DNA of 64,000 nt from an uncultured delta proteobacterium (GCA_963761335.1 CAVXGR010000021.1:78242-142241), one strand, 5' to 3'. Numbered from the stretch's first letter, positions 20,932 through 30,227 are shown. The notes: generated from the sequence alone by a model not told the origin. Numbers and translations: made by a program.

Positions 20932-21837
20932 TCACTCCGGAAGCAGGGTTGCCAGGCCGCTCTGCAGGTCGTCGGGTCCGAGAGCGCGGGCTCCGGCGGC
21001 AACCAGGCGCGCGTTCTGCGCGCCCCACGAGACCACGGTCTTGCCGCGCGCCAGCATGTCGAGGCCGAGCTGCTCCATGTGGCCGCCGGAGCGCGCCTCG
21101 ACGGCGATCACCAGGTCGGCGAGGGCCGCGATCAGCGCGTCGCGGCGGGCGCCGTTGGCGGGCGCCGCGTGGTTGTTCAGGCGAAATGGCGAGAGCACCA
21201 GGGTGCGGGTGCGGTCGAGGCGCAGGTGACCCGAGGTGAGGCCGAAGATGTCGCGCTCCGTCTCGTCGCCGAGAGCCGCGAACAGGCCGCGGTCGAGGAT
21301 GATGACGCGCGGTGTCTGTGCGGCGCGCGCCGACGCTGCGGCAATGCGATGGCCGAGCTTCATGGCGCCGCTCACCACGGCGAAGCCGCCGAGCGCCGCT
21401 GCCTCGACGATCTGGCGGGTGGCCACCATGGCCCCGCTCGAGGGCAGACGGGAGTTGAGCACGGCCGCCGCCGGCGACTGCAGCAGCGCCGTGTCGCCGA
21501 GGGCGAAGACCACCGGCGGCGGCGCCTTGAGGTAGTGCTCCCACACGGCCGGATAGCCGTGCGCGCCAAGCAGGAGCGGGTGGCCGCCGTGCTCGATGAA
21601 GCGCTCGGCGAGCATACCGCAGCGGCGCTCGTACTGGTCGCGAAACAGCGTCAGGCAGGCGACCGCCTCCTCCGAGAGGCGATAGGGATCGCGGTAGACG
21701 GCCTCCGGCAGGCGGAAGAACTCCTCGAGCGCCCGGCCCTGGGCGCGGTTGATGGTGAGAACGCGTGCCAGCCCCCGCGGCCCGACGCGCGGCAGCTCGG
21801 AGAGCAGAACACAATGGTAAGCGGAGATCTTGTCCAT
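20932..21837 (-). CDS. dprA: DNA-processing protein DprA (SMF family)
   Basis: Start at MDKISAYH (21837). Rossmann-like DprA core (PPVVFALGDTALLQSPAAAVLNSRLPSSGAMVATRQIVEAAALGGFAVVSGAMKLGHRIAA) and a C-terminal winged-helix domain. Confidence 0.8.
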   Translation of the reverse strand: MDKISAYHCVLLSELPRVGPRGLARVLTINRAQGRALEEFFRLPEAVYRDPYRLSEEAVACLTLFRDQYERRCGMLAERFIEHGGHPLLLGAHGYPAVWEHYLKAPPPVVFALGDTALLQSPAAAVLNSRLPSSGAMVATRQIVEAAALGGFAVVSGAMKLGHRIAAASARAAQTPRVIILDRGLFAALGDETERDIFGLTSGHLRLDRTRTLVLSPFRLNNHAAPANGARRDALIAALADLVIAVEARSGGHMEQLGLDMLARGKTVVSWGAQNARLVAAGARALGPDDLQSGLATLLPE

Positions 21838-21970
21838 GGCGACATCCTTGTCCGCGCCGCCGCCGAAAGGGCGGGGTGCTGAGCGTTTTTCACCATGGTG
21901 CTGGAACTCCGTCAAGGGCCGTTGTGGACCGGCGTCCGGCCAGGCGGGTCGAGTGAGGCGGGGCCATTGA

Positions 21971-22108
21971 CCGGTGCCGTCGTTCTCATTCTCGTTCCGT
22001 CGTCTTCAATTGTTCTGAGAGCCGGAAGAGCCCGCGGCGGTGGCGGCCGTGCTGCGCCGATCAGAGAAATGGAAGACGACGGAACGAGAATGAGAACGAC
22101 GGCACCGG
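21971..22108. repeat. Perfect 37-bp inverted repeat with a 64-bp spacer
   Basis: CCGGTGCCGTCGTTCTCATTCTCGTTCCGTCGTCTTC at 21971-22007 and its exact reverse complement at 22072-22108. It lies 5' of dprA on the minus strand. Confidence 0.7.
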
Positions 22109-22154
22109 CGAATGCCCCGCAGCCCCGCCAAGAGTAGACGCGGCGTCCCGCCGC

Positions 22155-22213
22155 GTCATGAGGAGGCGAGACGCCTCCTCTACTTTGTCATGAGGAGGCG
22201 AGACGCCTCCTCT
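22155..22213. repeat. Tandem duplication of a 32-bp unit, each copy containing a 9-bp-stem hairpin (GAGGAGGCG-AGA-CGCCTCCTC)
   Basis: GTCATGAGGAGGCGAGACGCCTCCTCT occurs twice, immediately 3' of the minus-strand lipoprotein gene (stop at 22216). Confidence 0.65.
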
Positions 22214-22215
22214 CT

Positions 22216-22956
22216 TTACGGATGGACCGTGACGTCGGTCATCAGCGTCGCCCAGCCGCGCCCGTTGAGGGCGAAGAGCAGGGCGCCGTACGGCTGCTGG
22301 CGGCGCAGCTCGGTGACCGAAGCGGGGTCGTGGAAGCAGCGCACGATGCCGAGAAGCTCGGCGTACGCCCATGACTTGCGGTGCGTCGACACGGCGACCG
22401 CCGCGTCTCCGGTCTTCTCGGCGGACATGGTGAGCACGTAGATGGCGGCGTCGGGCACGCGGGGCCAGTCGAGTTGCTGCTCGCCGCGGTCGAAGCTGAT
22501 GCCGCCGGCGGCGTAGGTCGTCGGTCGCGAGGCCGGTGTGGCGACCAGAATCTCGGAGGCGAGCAGCTCGTCGTCGCGGTCGGCGATCACCAGGAGCCAG
22601 GCATCCTCGTCGCTCATCCCCGTGCGAAACTCGCCGAAGAGTCCGCCGTAGACGGGGCGTGCCTTCAGGTCGAGGTCGACGAACTGCGCCGCCGATTCGC
22701 ACGGTCCCTCGCTCGGGTTGCAGCGCAGCAGGCGATAGCGGGTGGCGCCGGGAATCCAGGCGAAATCGACGCGCACCGGGATCTCGTCGTCGCCGTCGTA
22801 GCCCTTGGCGCCGCCCCATGCCCAGGCGAAGACGCCCTTGGTGATCACGGAGCGATACGGGCTGAGGTCCGGAGGCAGACCGCGCGTTGACGAGCAGCCG
22901 GCGCCGGCGGCCAGACAGAGGGCCAGCGCGAGGGGCCCGAGGCGAGAGCGAATCAT
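22216..22956 (-). CDS. Hypothetical lipoprotein
   Basis: Signal peptide with a lipobox (LAAGAGC|S). 246 aa with no recognised domain. Adjacent to the ybbN-like gene. Confidence 0.6.
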   Translation of the reverse strand: MIRSRLGPLALALCLAAGAGCSSTRGLPPDLSPYRSVITKGVFAWAWGGAKGYDGDDEIPVRVDFAWIPGATRYRLLRCNPSEGPCESAAQFVDLDLKARPVYGGLFGEFRTGMSDEDAWLLVIADRDDELLASEILVATPASRPTTYAAGGISFDRGEQQLDWPRVPDAAIYVLTMSAEKTGDAAVAVSTHRKSWAYAELLGIVRCFHDPASVTELRRQQPYGALLFALNGRGWATLMTDVTVHP

Positions 22957-23817
22957 TCAGCTGAAGAGGACCTTGGCCAGCTCGGACCGATAGCGGTCGG
23001 TCAACGGGTGGTCGGAGCCGAGGAGCGCGAAGAGGTCGAGCATTGCCTTGCGCCCCGCCTCGTCATCGTAGGCGCGGTCGCGGCGGACGACTTCGAGATA
23101 GCCCTGCAGCGCCTCCTCGTATTGCTTCGCCGCGGCCGCCGCCTGCGCCAGCGCCATGCGCGCCTCACAATCGTCGGGGTTCTGCTCGAGGCGCCGGCGC
23201 AGTGCCTCGCGGTCGACCGGAGCTCCTTGCCCGACGCGGATCTGCGCCGCCAGGCGGTCCGCCTGGTCGCGCCACGGGCCGGGATCGACGCGCTCCAGCA
23301 GCTCGAGGGCCTCGTCGCTCTCGCCGCGCTCGGCGAGGATGGTGGCAAGCTTCAGAAGGGCGCCGCCGTGGCGCGCATCACTGGCGAGCGCCTCCCGGCA
23401 GAGCGCCTCGGCCTCGGCGTGCTTCCCGGCGGCGAGCTTGTCTCCGGCCTGCGCCGCCAGCTCATCGGCGCGGCTCGGCAGCAGGCGCTGGATGAACTCG
23501 CGCACACCGCTCTCGGGTAGGGCGCCGACGAACTCGGCGGCGATCTGCCCATCGCGGAAGCCGAGAACCATCGGAATGCTCTGCACCCCGAACGCCTGGG
23601 AGAGCCCCGGGCTCTCATCGACGTTGACCTTGGCCAGCTCGAAGGCGCCGGCGTACTCCTCGGTGAGGCGCTCGAGCAGCGGCCCGAGCGTGCGGCAGGG
23701 GCCACACCACGGAGCCCACAGGTCCACCACCACCGGCACCTGACGGGAACGCTCGAGCACGGCCGTCTCGAAGCTGTGGTCGGTGACCTCGTAGACGAGA
23801 GGGTTCATGGCGGGCAC
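22957..23817 (-). CDS. Thioredoxin-domain plus TPR co-chaperone (YbbN/CnoX-like)
   Basis: WAPWCGPCR thioredoxin active site and C-terminal TPR-like helices (...QYEEALQGYLEVVRRDRAYDDEAGRKAMLDLFALLG). Confidence 0.8.
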   Translation of the reverse strand: MPAMNPLVYEVTDHSFETAVLERSRQVPVVVDLWAPWCGPCRTLGPLLERLTEEYAGAFELAKVNVDESPGLSQAFGVQSIPMVLGFRDGQIAAEFVGALPESGVREFIQRLLPSRADELAAQAGDKLAAGKHAEAEALCREALASDARHGGALLKLATILAERGESDEALELLERVDPGPWRDQADRLAAQIRVGQGAPVDREALRRRLEQNPDDCEARMALAQAAAAAKQYEEALQGYLEVVRRDRAYDDEAGRKAMLDLFALLGSDHPLTDRYRSELAKVLFS

Positions 23818-23872
23818 GTGTGGCCTGTACCGAGGGCGCCGCGCCCTGTCAACGTCGCCGCGCCCGCCGCCG

Positions 23873-25963
23873 CTACTGGGGGGTGCAGACGGTGATCGGC
23901 GCGCTGGTAACGCCCGTAGGGCCTTGGTCGGTGGTCACCTGGAGTTCCACCGGTGCGGTGCAGGTGAACGGCCAGCGCACCACCAGCATCGTCGGCGTGA
24001 CGGCGACGACGTCGGCGGGCGCGCCATCGATGCGCACGCAGTTGCCGCGCAGCGGCACACAGCGATTGCGGAGGGTGACGTTGGCGCAGTCGGTCTCGCT
24101 GAAGTGGCCGTCGATGGCGTTGAAGCCGGAGCCGAAGATGCGCAGGAGCCCTCCCTGCTCGCCGCGGGTGGGCTCCACCCGGTCGAGTATCGGCGGCTGC
24201 AGCGAGCGGTGCGCCTGCGCCGGTACGACAGTGGTGAAGGCGCCGTGATCGGACAGGTCGTGCGCCAAGATGGCGTCGGTGTTGCAGCTCGTGCCGGTGC
24301 CGCAGTGCTCCCACTGGTTGTTGATGGCGCTCATCTGCAGACCGGTGGCATTGCGGAAGTTGTCGCCGCCGACGTTGTTCTGGGTGAAGGCGTTGTTGCC
24401 AGCGCTTCCCAGCGGTCCACCGCCGAAGTCGCCCACCGAGGTGTTGGTGATGATGGCGCCGTCGACGCCGTTACAGACGCTGGTGCTGCCCTCGACCACG
24501 GCAGTGGCGCCGTCTCCGCCGTCGTTGGCGATGCGGATGCCGGAGCTGGCGTTGACCGCGAAGTAGGAGTCCTCGACGCTCGCCAGCGAGCTGGCGCGTA
24601 CCGAGATGCCGTTGGCGCCGTTGAAGCGCACGATGTTTCCCGCCGACTCCAGGTCCGAGAAGGCGCCGCTGCTGGTGTCGTCGGCGGGGCTGACGGAGAG
24701 ACCGTTCTGCGCGGTGCTGCCGCGGTTGCGCTCGATCAGGTTGTCCGCTGCCTGCACGTGGCCGCCGAGCGTGCTCTGGATACCGCCGTTCTGGTTGTCG
24801 TGGATCCAGCTGCCCTCGATGCGGGCGTAGGCGCCGGTGGTGACCTTGACGCCCTTGTCGGCGGCGCCCGAGATGTCGCAGTCGCGGACGATGTTCACCG
24901 TGTCGTCGAACCCCTTGCCGGCGCCGCCGTCGATGCCGATGCCGTCGGCGCTGGTGGCGTTCTGGACGATGCAGTGCTCGACCACGTTGCCGTCGGCCGC
25001 CGCCCCGGTGATGCTGAGCACGTCGCGGTCGCCGCTGCCGGCGTTCCGCAGCTGCATGCCGACGATGTGGTTGCGGGCGCCGGTGATCGACAGGGCCGGG
25101 TTGCCGAGCATGGCGCCGCCGGCATCGATGATGCGATTGCCGGGAAGGCCGTCCTCGTCGAAGCCGTCGATGGTGACCTCGTCGGAGTCGATGGTCGGCA
25201 GCGCGAAGGCGAGCTCGATCGCGATGGGCGACCCCGAGGGAAAGGCGGCCGGCGCGAACTGGATGAGCAGGGGCTTGGCGGCGCCGGCGGCGTCCTGCAG
25301 GGCCTTGCGCAGGGTGCCGTCGCCGGTGTTGGCCCTCTTTTGCACGGTGATGACCGTGGGAAACACGGTGAAGGCGAGGCGCGACGGGTCGGCGGCGGCG
25401 AGCAGCAGCGAGCGCCGGTACTGCTTCTGGCCGGTGTCGGGAGAGGTGACCTCGATGCTGTGTCGCCACGGTCCGGGAGCCAGGCCGGCGATCGGGCCGC
25501 AGCTGAAGCTGCCGCTGCCAGAGCAGCTCTGATGGTAGCTGGTTTCGCCGGCGCCGCCGGCGCAGCTTCCGCCGAGCGCCTGACCGCTGAGCACCACATT
25601 GACGCTGGCGGCGCCGCTGCGGTCGTCGATGTCGACCATCAGATCGGCGGTGGCGCTCGGGCAGGCCCGCGGGGTGCCCGTGGCGGTGGCCAGGGGCGTG
25701 GCGGTCGGCGTGGGCGTCGAGGTCGGCGTGCCGCTCTCGGTGGGTGTCCCCGTCGGTGTCGCCGTGCCGCCGCTGGCCACCGCGAGGGCGAGGGCGGGCA
25801 GGTCGGCCGCCGAGATGCGGCCATCGCCGTTGGGGTCGCAATCGGCAGCGCCGCTGCCGAAGATTGCCGGGACGATCTGCTCGACGGGCGGAGCTTGCCC
25901 CGGGCTGCAGGGTATGGGGCTCGCCGCGCCGGCGAGCCCCCAGGTGAGGGCGACCGCGGCCAT
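23873..25963 (-). CDS. Secreted protein with a dockerin-like Ca-binding loop, Thr/Pro linker, PbH1 parallel beta-helix repeats and a C-terminal IPT/TIG-like domain
   Basis: Start at MAAVALTW (25963) with a signal peptide. DCDPNGDGRISAADL motif. TPTGTPTESGTPTSTPTPTATP linker. Repeated NxxGxxxxGIxI-type beta-helix units. The opposite-strand 796-aa ORF is low-complexity antisense. Confidence 0.7.
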   Translation of the reverse strand: MAAVALTWGLAGAASPIPCSPGQAPPVEQIVPAIFGSGAADCDPNGDGRISAADLPALALAVASGGTATPTGTPTESGTPTSTPTPTATPLATATGTPRACPSATADLMVDIDDRSGAASVNVVLSGQALGGSCAGGAGETSYHQSCSGSGSFSCGPIAGLAPGPWRHSIEVTSPDTGQKQYRRSLLLAAADPSRLAFTVFPTVITVQKRANTGDGTLRKALQDAAGAAKPLLIQFAPAAFPSGSPIAIELAFALPTIDSDEVTIDGFDEDGLPGNRIIDAGGAMLGNPALSITGARNHIVGMQLRNAGSGDRDVLSITGAAADGNVVEHCIVQNATSADGIGIDGGAGKGFDDTVNIVRDCDISGAADKGVKVTTGAYARIEGSWIHDNQNGGIQSTLGGHVQAADNLIERNRGSTAQNGLSVSPADDTSSGAFSDLESAGNIVRFNGANGISVRASSLASVEDSYFAVNASSGIRIANDGGDGATAVVEGSTSVCNGVDGAIITNTSVGDFGGGPLGSAGNNAFTQNNVGGDNFRNATGLQMSAINNQWEHCGTGTSCNTDAILAHDLSDHGAFTTVVPAQAHRSLQPPILDRVEPTRGEQGGLLRIFGSGFNAIDGHFSETDCANVTLRNRCVPLRGNCVRIDGAPADVVAVTPTMLVVRWPFTCTAPVELQVTTDQGPTGVTSAPITVCTPQ

Positions 25964-26196
25964 CGACCAGAGCGCGCTGCGGGTGCAGCGCGACTCCTTC
26001 CTTTGCTGGCGTGGTCCTCGCATCTGGGCCGCCCATCAAACCATCGGACGCCGAGGCGTTCAATCGCGGCGTCGCCGTGCGTCGGCCGAAGTTGCGCCGT
26101 CCCGATCATTCCTGCAAGCTGCGTTGCCGAGAGCGCGACGCCGATGCCCGACTGCCACAGCCTCGAATCGCCGGTGCCCGCCGTCGCCGTCACCTG

Positions 26197-26877
26197 ATGC
26201 ACCTCGAGCCCCGCACCGTCGACATCGGCAGAAACGGCAGCGTCTCCGCCGTGGTCGGGTATCCGCCGCGCTTTCGCCCCGGAGAGGTGACCGCCGTGAT
26301 CCTGGCGCACGGCGCCGGCAATGACATGAACAACCCGCTGCTGAGCGGTGTGCATCGGGGCCTCGCCGCCGCCGGGTTCGTGGCCGTGAAATTCAATTTT
26401 CCCTTCAAGGAGCGCGGCTCGCGCCTTCCCGATCGAGCGCCGGTTCTCGAGGACTGCTACCGGCGGATGGTCGATGCCATCCGCGACGACTCGGCCATCC
26501 GTCCGCGCGCCCTCATCCTCGGCGGCAAGTCACTCGGCGGACGCATGGCGTCGCACCTGGCCGCCCAGGGGACGGAGTGCGACGGTCTCCTTTTTCTCGG
26601 CTATCCGCTGCACCCGCCGGGCCGTTCCGATCAGCTGCGCGCCGCGCATCTCCCGTCCATTCGCGTGCCCATGCTGTTCTTTGCGGGCACGCGCGACACG
26701 CTCTGTGACCTCGAGCTGCTGCGCCGCGAGCTCGGCAAGCTGCACACCCCCTGCGCCCTGCACGTCGTCGAGGGCGGCGACCACTCCTTCAAGTTGCCCA
26801 AACGCCTCGGCCGCACCGAGGATCAGGTGGTCGGCGAGATCGTTGGGGCGAGCGCCGCGTGGCTGGCAGCCTTGTAG
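26197..26877 (+). CDS. Alpha/beta hydrolase (dienelactone-hydrolase-like)
   Basis: ATG at 26197 (verified). Nucleophile elbow GGKSLGGRMASH. About 226 aa. Confidence 0.75.
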   Translation: MHLEPRTVDIGRNGSVSAVVGYPPRFRPGEVTAVILAHGAGNDMNNPLLSGVHRGLAAAGFVAVKFNFPFKERGSRLPDRAPVLEDCYRRMVDAIRDDSAIRPRALILGGKSLGGRMASHLAAQGTECDGLLFLGYPLHPPGRSDQLRAAHLPSIRVPMLFFAGTRDTLCDLELLRRELGKLHTPCALHVVEGGDHSFKLPKRLGRTEDQVVGEIVGASAAWLAAL

Positions 26878-26934
26878 TTGCTCGCTGGAGAATCGCGCGC
26901 GTCTCGAACCGTGAACCCAGAAGAGGAGCTAGCC

Positions 26935-27243
26935 ATGTCGGAAGAGAAGAAGGCGCCCGAGCACCAGATCTCGATCCAGATGGAGGGGCAGAGCGCCGTT
27001 GGCGTGTACGCCAACCTGATGATGATCAGTCACCGCAAGGAGGAGTTCGTCCTCGACTTCCTCTTCGTGCAGCCGCAGCGCTCGACGCAGGGGCAGGCGG
27101 TCGCCAATCTGCGCTCGCGGGTGATCACCTCGCCGGAGCACATGAAGCGCATCCTCAAGGCCATCGAGGAGAACATCCGCCGCTACGAGGAAGCCTTCGG
27201 GGCCATCGAGGAGTCCACCGACCTGCCCAAGGTCATGCACTGA
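26935..27243 (+). CDS. DUF3467 domain protein
   Basis: GAGGAG RBS. MSEEKKAPEHQISIQMEGQSAVGVYANLMMISHRKEEFVLDFLF is a typical DUF3467 sequence. Confidence 0.7.
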   Translation: MSEEKKAPEHQISIQMEGQSAVGVYANLMMISHRKEEFVLDFLFVQPQRSTQGQAVANLRSRVITSPEHMKRILKAIEENIRRYEEAFGAIEESTDLPKVMH

Positions 27244-27260
27244 TCGAAGAGCGGGGGCTC

Positions 27261-27722
27261 TCAATCTCGCCGGCTGCGAAAGAAACGGCGCAGGAGCTCG
27301 GCGCAGATCTCCTCCTCGACGCCGCCGGTGACCTCGAGGCGGTGGTTCAGGCGCTCGTGGGCGCGCAGCGGATACACCGATCCGAGGGCGCCGGCCTTGG
27401 GGTCGCGGCAGCCGAACACCACCCGGCGCAGGCGCGCCTGCACGGCGGCGCCGACGCAGAGAATGCAGGGCTCGGCGGTGACGTAGAGGGTGGTGTCCAA
27501 CAGCCGGTGGTTGCGCAGGCGGTGGGCGGCGGCGCGCAGCGCCACGACCTCAGCGTGCGCGGTCGGATCACAATCAGTGAGTGTGCGGTTGTGGCCGGCG
27601 GCCAGCTCGGTGCCGCCCCGCACCACCACCGCGCCGATCGGAACCTCCCCCAGGTCGGCGGCCGCTTCCGCTAGCCGCACGGCCACCTGCATCCAGCGCC
27701 GATCCTCCTCCGTCGCCCTCAT
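27261..27722 (-). CDS. tadA: tRNA-specific adenosine deaminase TadA
   Basis: CDA zinc motifs HAE and PCxxC (TAHAEVVALR...AEPCILCVGA). Its start overlaps the upstream ATPase stop (ATGA). Confidence 0.85.
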   Translation of the reverse strand: MRATEEDRRWMQVAVRLAEAAADLGEVPIGAVVVRGGTELAAGHNRTLTDCDPTAHAEVVALRAAAHRLRNHRLLDTTLYVTAEPCILCVGAAVQARLRRVVFGCRDPKAGALGSVYPLRAHERLNHRLEVTGGVEEEICAELLRRFFRSRRD

Positions 27723-28477
27723 CCAGGCTCCCTCCCGAGCAGCGAGCGCGCCGCCGGCGAGCGCGGCCTCTCCAGGACCTGCTCGGGCGTGCCGCTCTCG
27801 GCGATGAGGCCCTCGTCGAGGACCACGACGCGGTGCGCGACGCGGCGCGCGAAGGCGATCTCGTGGGTCACGATCACCATCGTCTGTCCGGCGGCGGCGA
27901 GATCGGCGACCACCGCCAGCACCTCGCCGACCAGACGCTGGTCGAGAGCCGAGGTGGGCTCGTCGAGGAGCAGCACCAGCGGCTCCATCGCCAGGGCGCG
28001 GGCAATGGCGACGCGCTGCTGCTGGCCTCCGGAGAGGGTGTGCGGCATGGCCTCGGTGAAGCTCGACAGGCCCACCCGGGCCAGCAGCTCGCCGGCGCGC
28101 TGCCGCGCCGCCGCCGCGCCCATGCCCAGCACCCGCACCGGCGCCTCCATGACGTTGGCGATGGCGCTCAGATGCGGGAAGAGATGGAAGCTCTGGAACA
28201 CCATGCCGACGCGGGTGCGCACCGCCCGCAGTGCCGCGGCGTGGGCCCGCTCGCTCATTCCCGGCCACAGGCGGTGGCCGGCGATCTCGACCTCGCCGGC
28301 ATCGAACGGGGTCAGGTAGTTGAGAGCCCGCAGCAGCGTCGTCTTGCCGCTGCCCGAGGGACCGACCACGGCCACCACCTCACCGCGGCCGACGACGAGA
28401 TCGATGCCGCGCAGCACGTGGCTCGGTCCCCGGCGGGTGTGCAGGCCGCTCGCCGTGATGACCGGTGCGGCGCTCAT
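27719..28477 (-). CDS. Polar amino-acid ABC transporter ATP-binding protein
   Basis: Walker A GPSGSGKTT, signature LSGGQQQRVAIARAL, Walker B LLLDEPTSALD. Confidence 0.9.
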   Translation of the reverse strand: MSAAPVITASGLHTRRGPSHVLRGIDLVVGRGEVVAVVGPSGSGKTTLLRALNYLTPFDAGEVEIAGHRLWPGMSERAHAAALRAVRTRVGMVFQSFHLFPHLSAIANVMEAPVRVLGMGAAAARQRAGELLARVGLSSFTEAMPHTLSGGQQQRVAIARALAMEPLVLLLDEPTSALDQRLVGEVLAVVADLAAAGQTMVIVTHEIAFARRVAHRVVVLDEGLIAESGTPEQVLERPRSPAARSLLGREPG

Positions 28478-29946
28478 GCGGCGGCATGCCCCAGGCGGCT
28501 CTCGAGGCGTCGCGCCAGACGCGAAAGCGGATAGCTCAAGGCCAGATAGAGGGCGGCGCAGAGGAGACCGGGAATCAGCCAGCCGCGCATGTCGACGGCG
28601 GTGATGGTCATCTGCTTGGTCAGCTCGACCACCGTGATCACCGACACCAGAGACGAGTCCTTCAACAGGGAGATGAAGTCGTTGGCGATTCCGGGGAGTG
28701 CCACGCGCAGCGCCTGCGGCAGAACGATGCGGCGCAGCGTGAGGCCCTGTGACATGCCGAGGGCGAGCGCTGCCTCGGTCTGGCCGACCGGCACCGCCTC
28801 GAGCCCGGCGCGATACAGCTCGGCTTCATACGCGGCATAGTTCATTCCCAGCCCGAGGACCGCGGCGGTGAAGGCATCGAGCGTGAGCACGGGTGCCAGC
28901 CCGTAGTACAGCACGTAGAGCTGCAGGAGAACGGGGGTGCCGCGGAACAGCTCGATGTAGCCGGTGGCTGCCGCACGCAGGGGCGCGGCGCCGTAGCGGC
29001 GCACCACGCTGAGCAGCAGGCCGCCGCCGATGGCCACGGTCATGGCCAGCGCCGAGATGATCACGGTCACCGCCGCGGCGCGTAGAAAAAGGACGACGCG
29101 CCCCGCGGTCAGCTCCTTGCGCGGCGCCGCCGGATCGGATGCCGCGGGCTCGGCGCCGAGCCGCTGCTGGCGGTCGTTCCAGAGGTCCCAGCGCTGCAGG
29201 ATGCGGCGCAGCTCGCCGTCCGCCTGCATTGCCGCCAGCGCCTGGTCGACCGCCGCCAGCAGCCGTCGGTCGGCGGGGCGCACGGCGATGGCGTAGACAC
29301 CCTCGCCGACGATTGCCGCCTGTCGCAGGCCCGGCCGCACCAGGCCGTAGCGGCGGGCGATGATGTCGTCGAGGACGACGCCGTCGAGGCGCCCCTGCTC
29401 GAGATCCATGTAGGGCTCCTCGACCCCCTCGTAGATCACCGTGTCGATGCCGGGATCCGCCGCCACCAGATCGAAGGCGAGCGAGTTGCCGAGGGTGCCG
29501 ACGCGATGGCCGCGCAGGTCGGCGAGCGCGGCCACCTCGCCCTCGTCCTGGCGCACCACCAGCGTCTCGGAGAAGAGGTAATAGGGGCGCGTGAAAGCGA
29601 CGCGCCCGCGGCGCGCAGCTGTGACCTCCAGGCCGTTCAGGATCATGTCGAAGTCGCCGCGCTCCAGCGAGGGAATGAGGTTCTGCCAGTCGTTCTGGAC
29701 GAACTGGGCGCGCACCCCGAGACGCCGTGCGATGCCGTCGGCGATCTCGACCTCGAAGCCGACCAGGTGCGCCGGTTGCGCCGGATCCTGAAACACGTAG
29801 GGCTCGCCTCCCTGCATGTCGCCGCCCCAGAGCAGAACGCCGCGGCGCTGTACCGCCGTCAGTCCATCACCGCCGCCGGCGTGCGCCATCGCCGCCGCGA
29901 GCGCGACCCCGACCAGGGCGACAGCGGTAGCCGGCTTCCACTGCAT
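28474..29946 (-). CDS. Fused periplasmic substrate-binding and permease component of the polar amino-acid ABC transporter
   Basis: Signal peptide. PBPb-like N-terminal half, then a C-terminal His/Gln-type permease with five TM helices. GTGA overlap with the ATPase gene. Confidence 0.85.
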   Translation of the reverse strand: MQWKPATAVALVGVALAAAMAHAGGGDGLTAVQRRGVLLWGGDMQGGEPYVFQDPAQPAHLVGFEVEIADGIARRLGVRAQFVQNDWQNLIPSLERGDFDMILNGLEVTAARRGRVAFTRPYYLFSETLVVRQDEGEVAALADLRGHRVGTLGNSLAFDLVAADPGIDTVIYEGVEEPYMDLEQGRLDGVVLDDIIARRYGLVRPGLRQAAIVGEGVYAIAVRPADRRLLAAVDQALAAMQADGELRRILQRWDLWNDRQQRLGAEPAASDPAAPRKELTAGRVVLFLRAAAVTVIISALAMTVAIGGGLLLSVVRRYGAAPLRAAATGYIELFRGTPVLLQLYVLYYGLAPVLTLDAFTAAVLGLGMNYAAYEAELYRAGLEAVPVGQTEAALALGMSQGLTLRRIVLPQALRVALPGIANDFISLLKDSSLVSVITVVELTKQMTITAVDMRGWLIPGLLCAALYLALSYPLSRLARRLESRLGHAAA

Positions 29947-30047
29947 CGATCTCTCGCCCTTTGCCCGCTGCGACGGCGAGAATCAACCTGTGGGCGCAGG
30001 TTGCCCCCTCGGGCGGGCTGTGGTTAAAGCCCCGCCGGAGGAGATCC

Positions 30048-30227
30048 ATGCTGCAGGTAGGCGACGAGGTCATCGTGATGTCCGCCGCCGGCCATTTCCA
30101 CATCGTGGCCGTCGACGGCGAGATCCTCACGATCGAGAACGACGCGGGGCTGCGCAAGCAGGTCCACTTCGCTGCCGTCCGCCGCCGGCCGGTGAAGGAG
30201 CCGCCCAGCAACGGCGGCGCCCACTGA
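30048..30227 (+). CDS. Hypothetical small protein (59 aa); weak call
   Basis: GGAGGAG RBS before the ATG at 30048. No family recognised. Confidence 0.3.
   Translation: MLQVGDEVIVMSAAGHFHIVAVDGEILTIENDAGLRKQVHFAAVRRRPVKEPPSNGGAH

Noticed and set aside
22112-22441. 109-aa plus-strand ORF starting within the tandem hairpin units (ATGAGGAGGCGAGACGCC...)
   Set aside because: It overlaps the lipoprotein gene on the other strand and begins inside a structural repeat. Its composition is not protein-like.
23807-26197. 796-aa plus-strand ORF
   Set aside because: Antisense of the dockerin/PbH1/IPT gene. The translation is a monotonous A/G/V/D/R mix.
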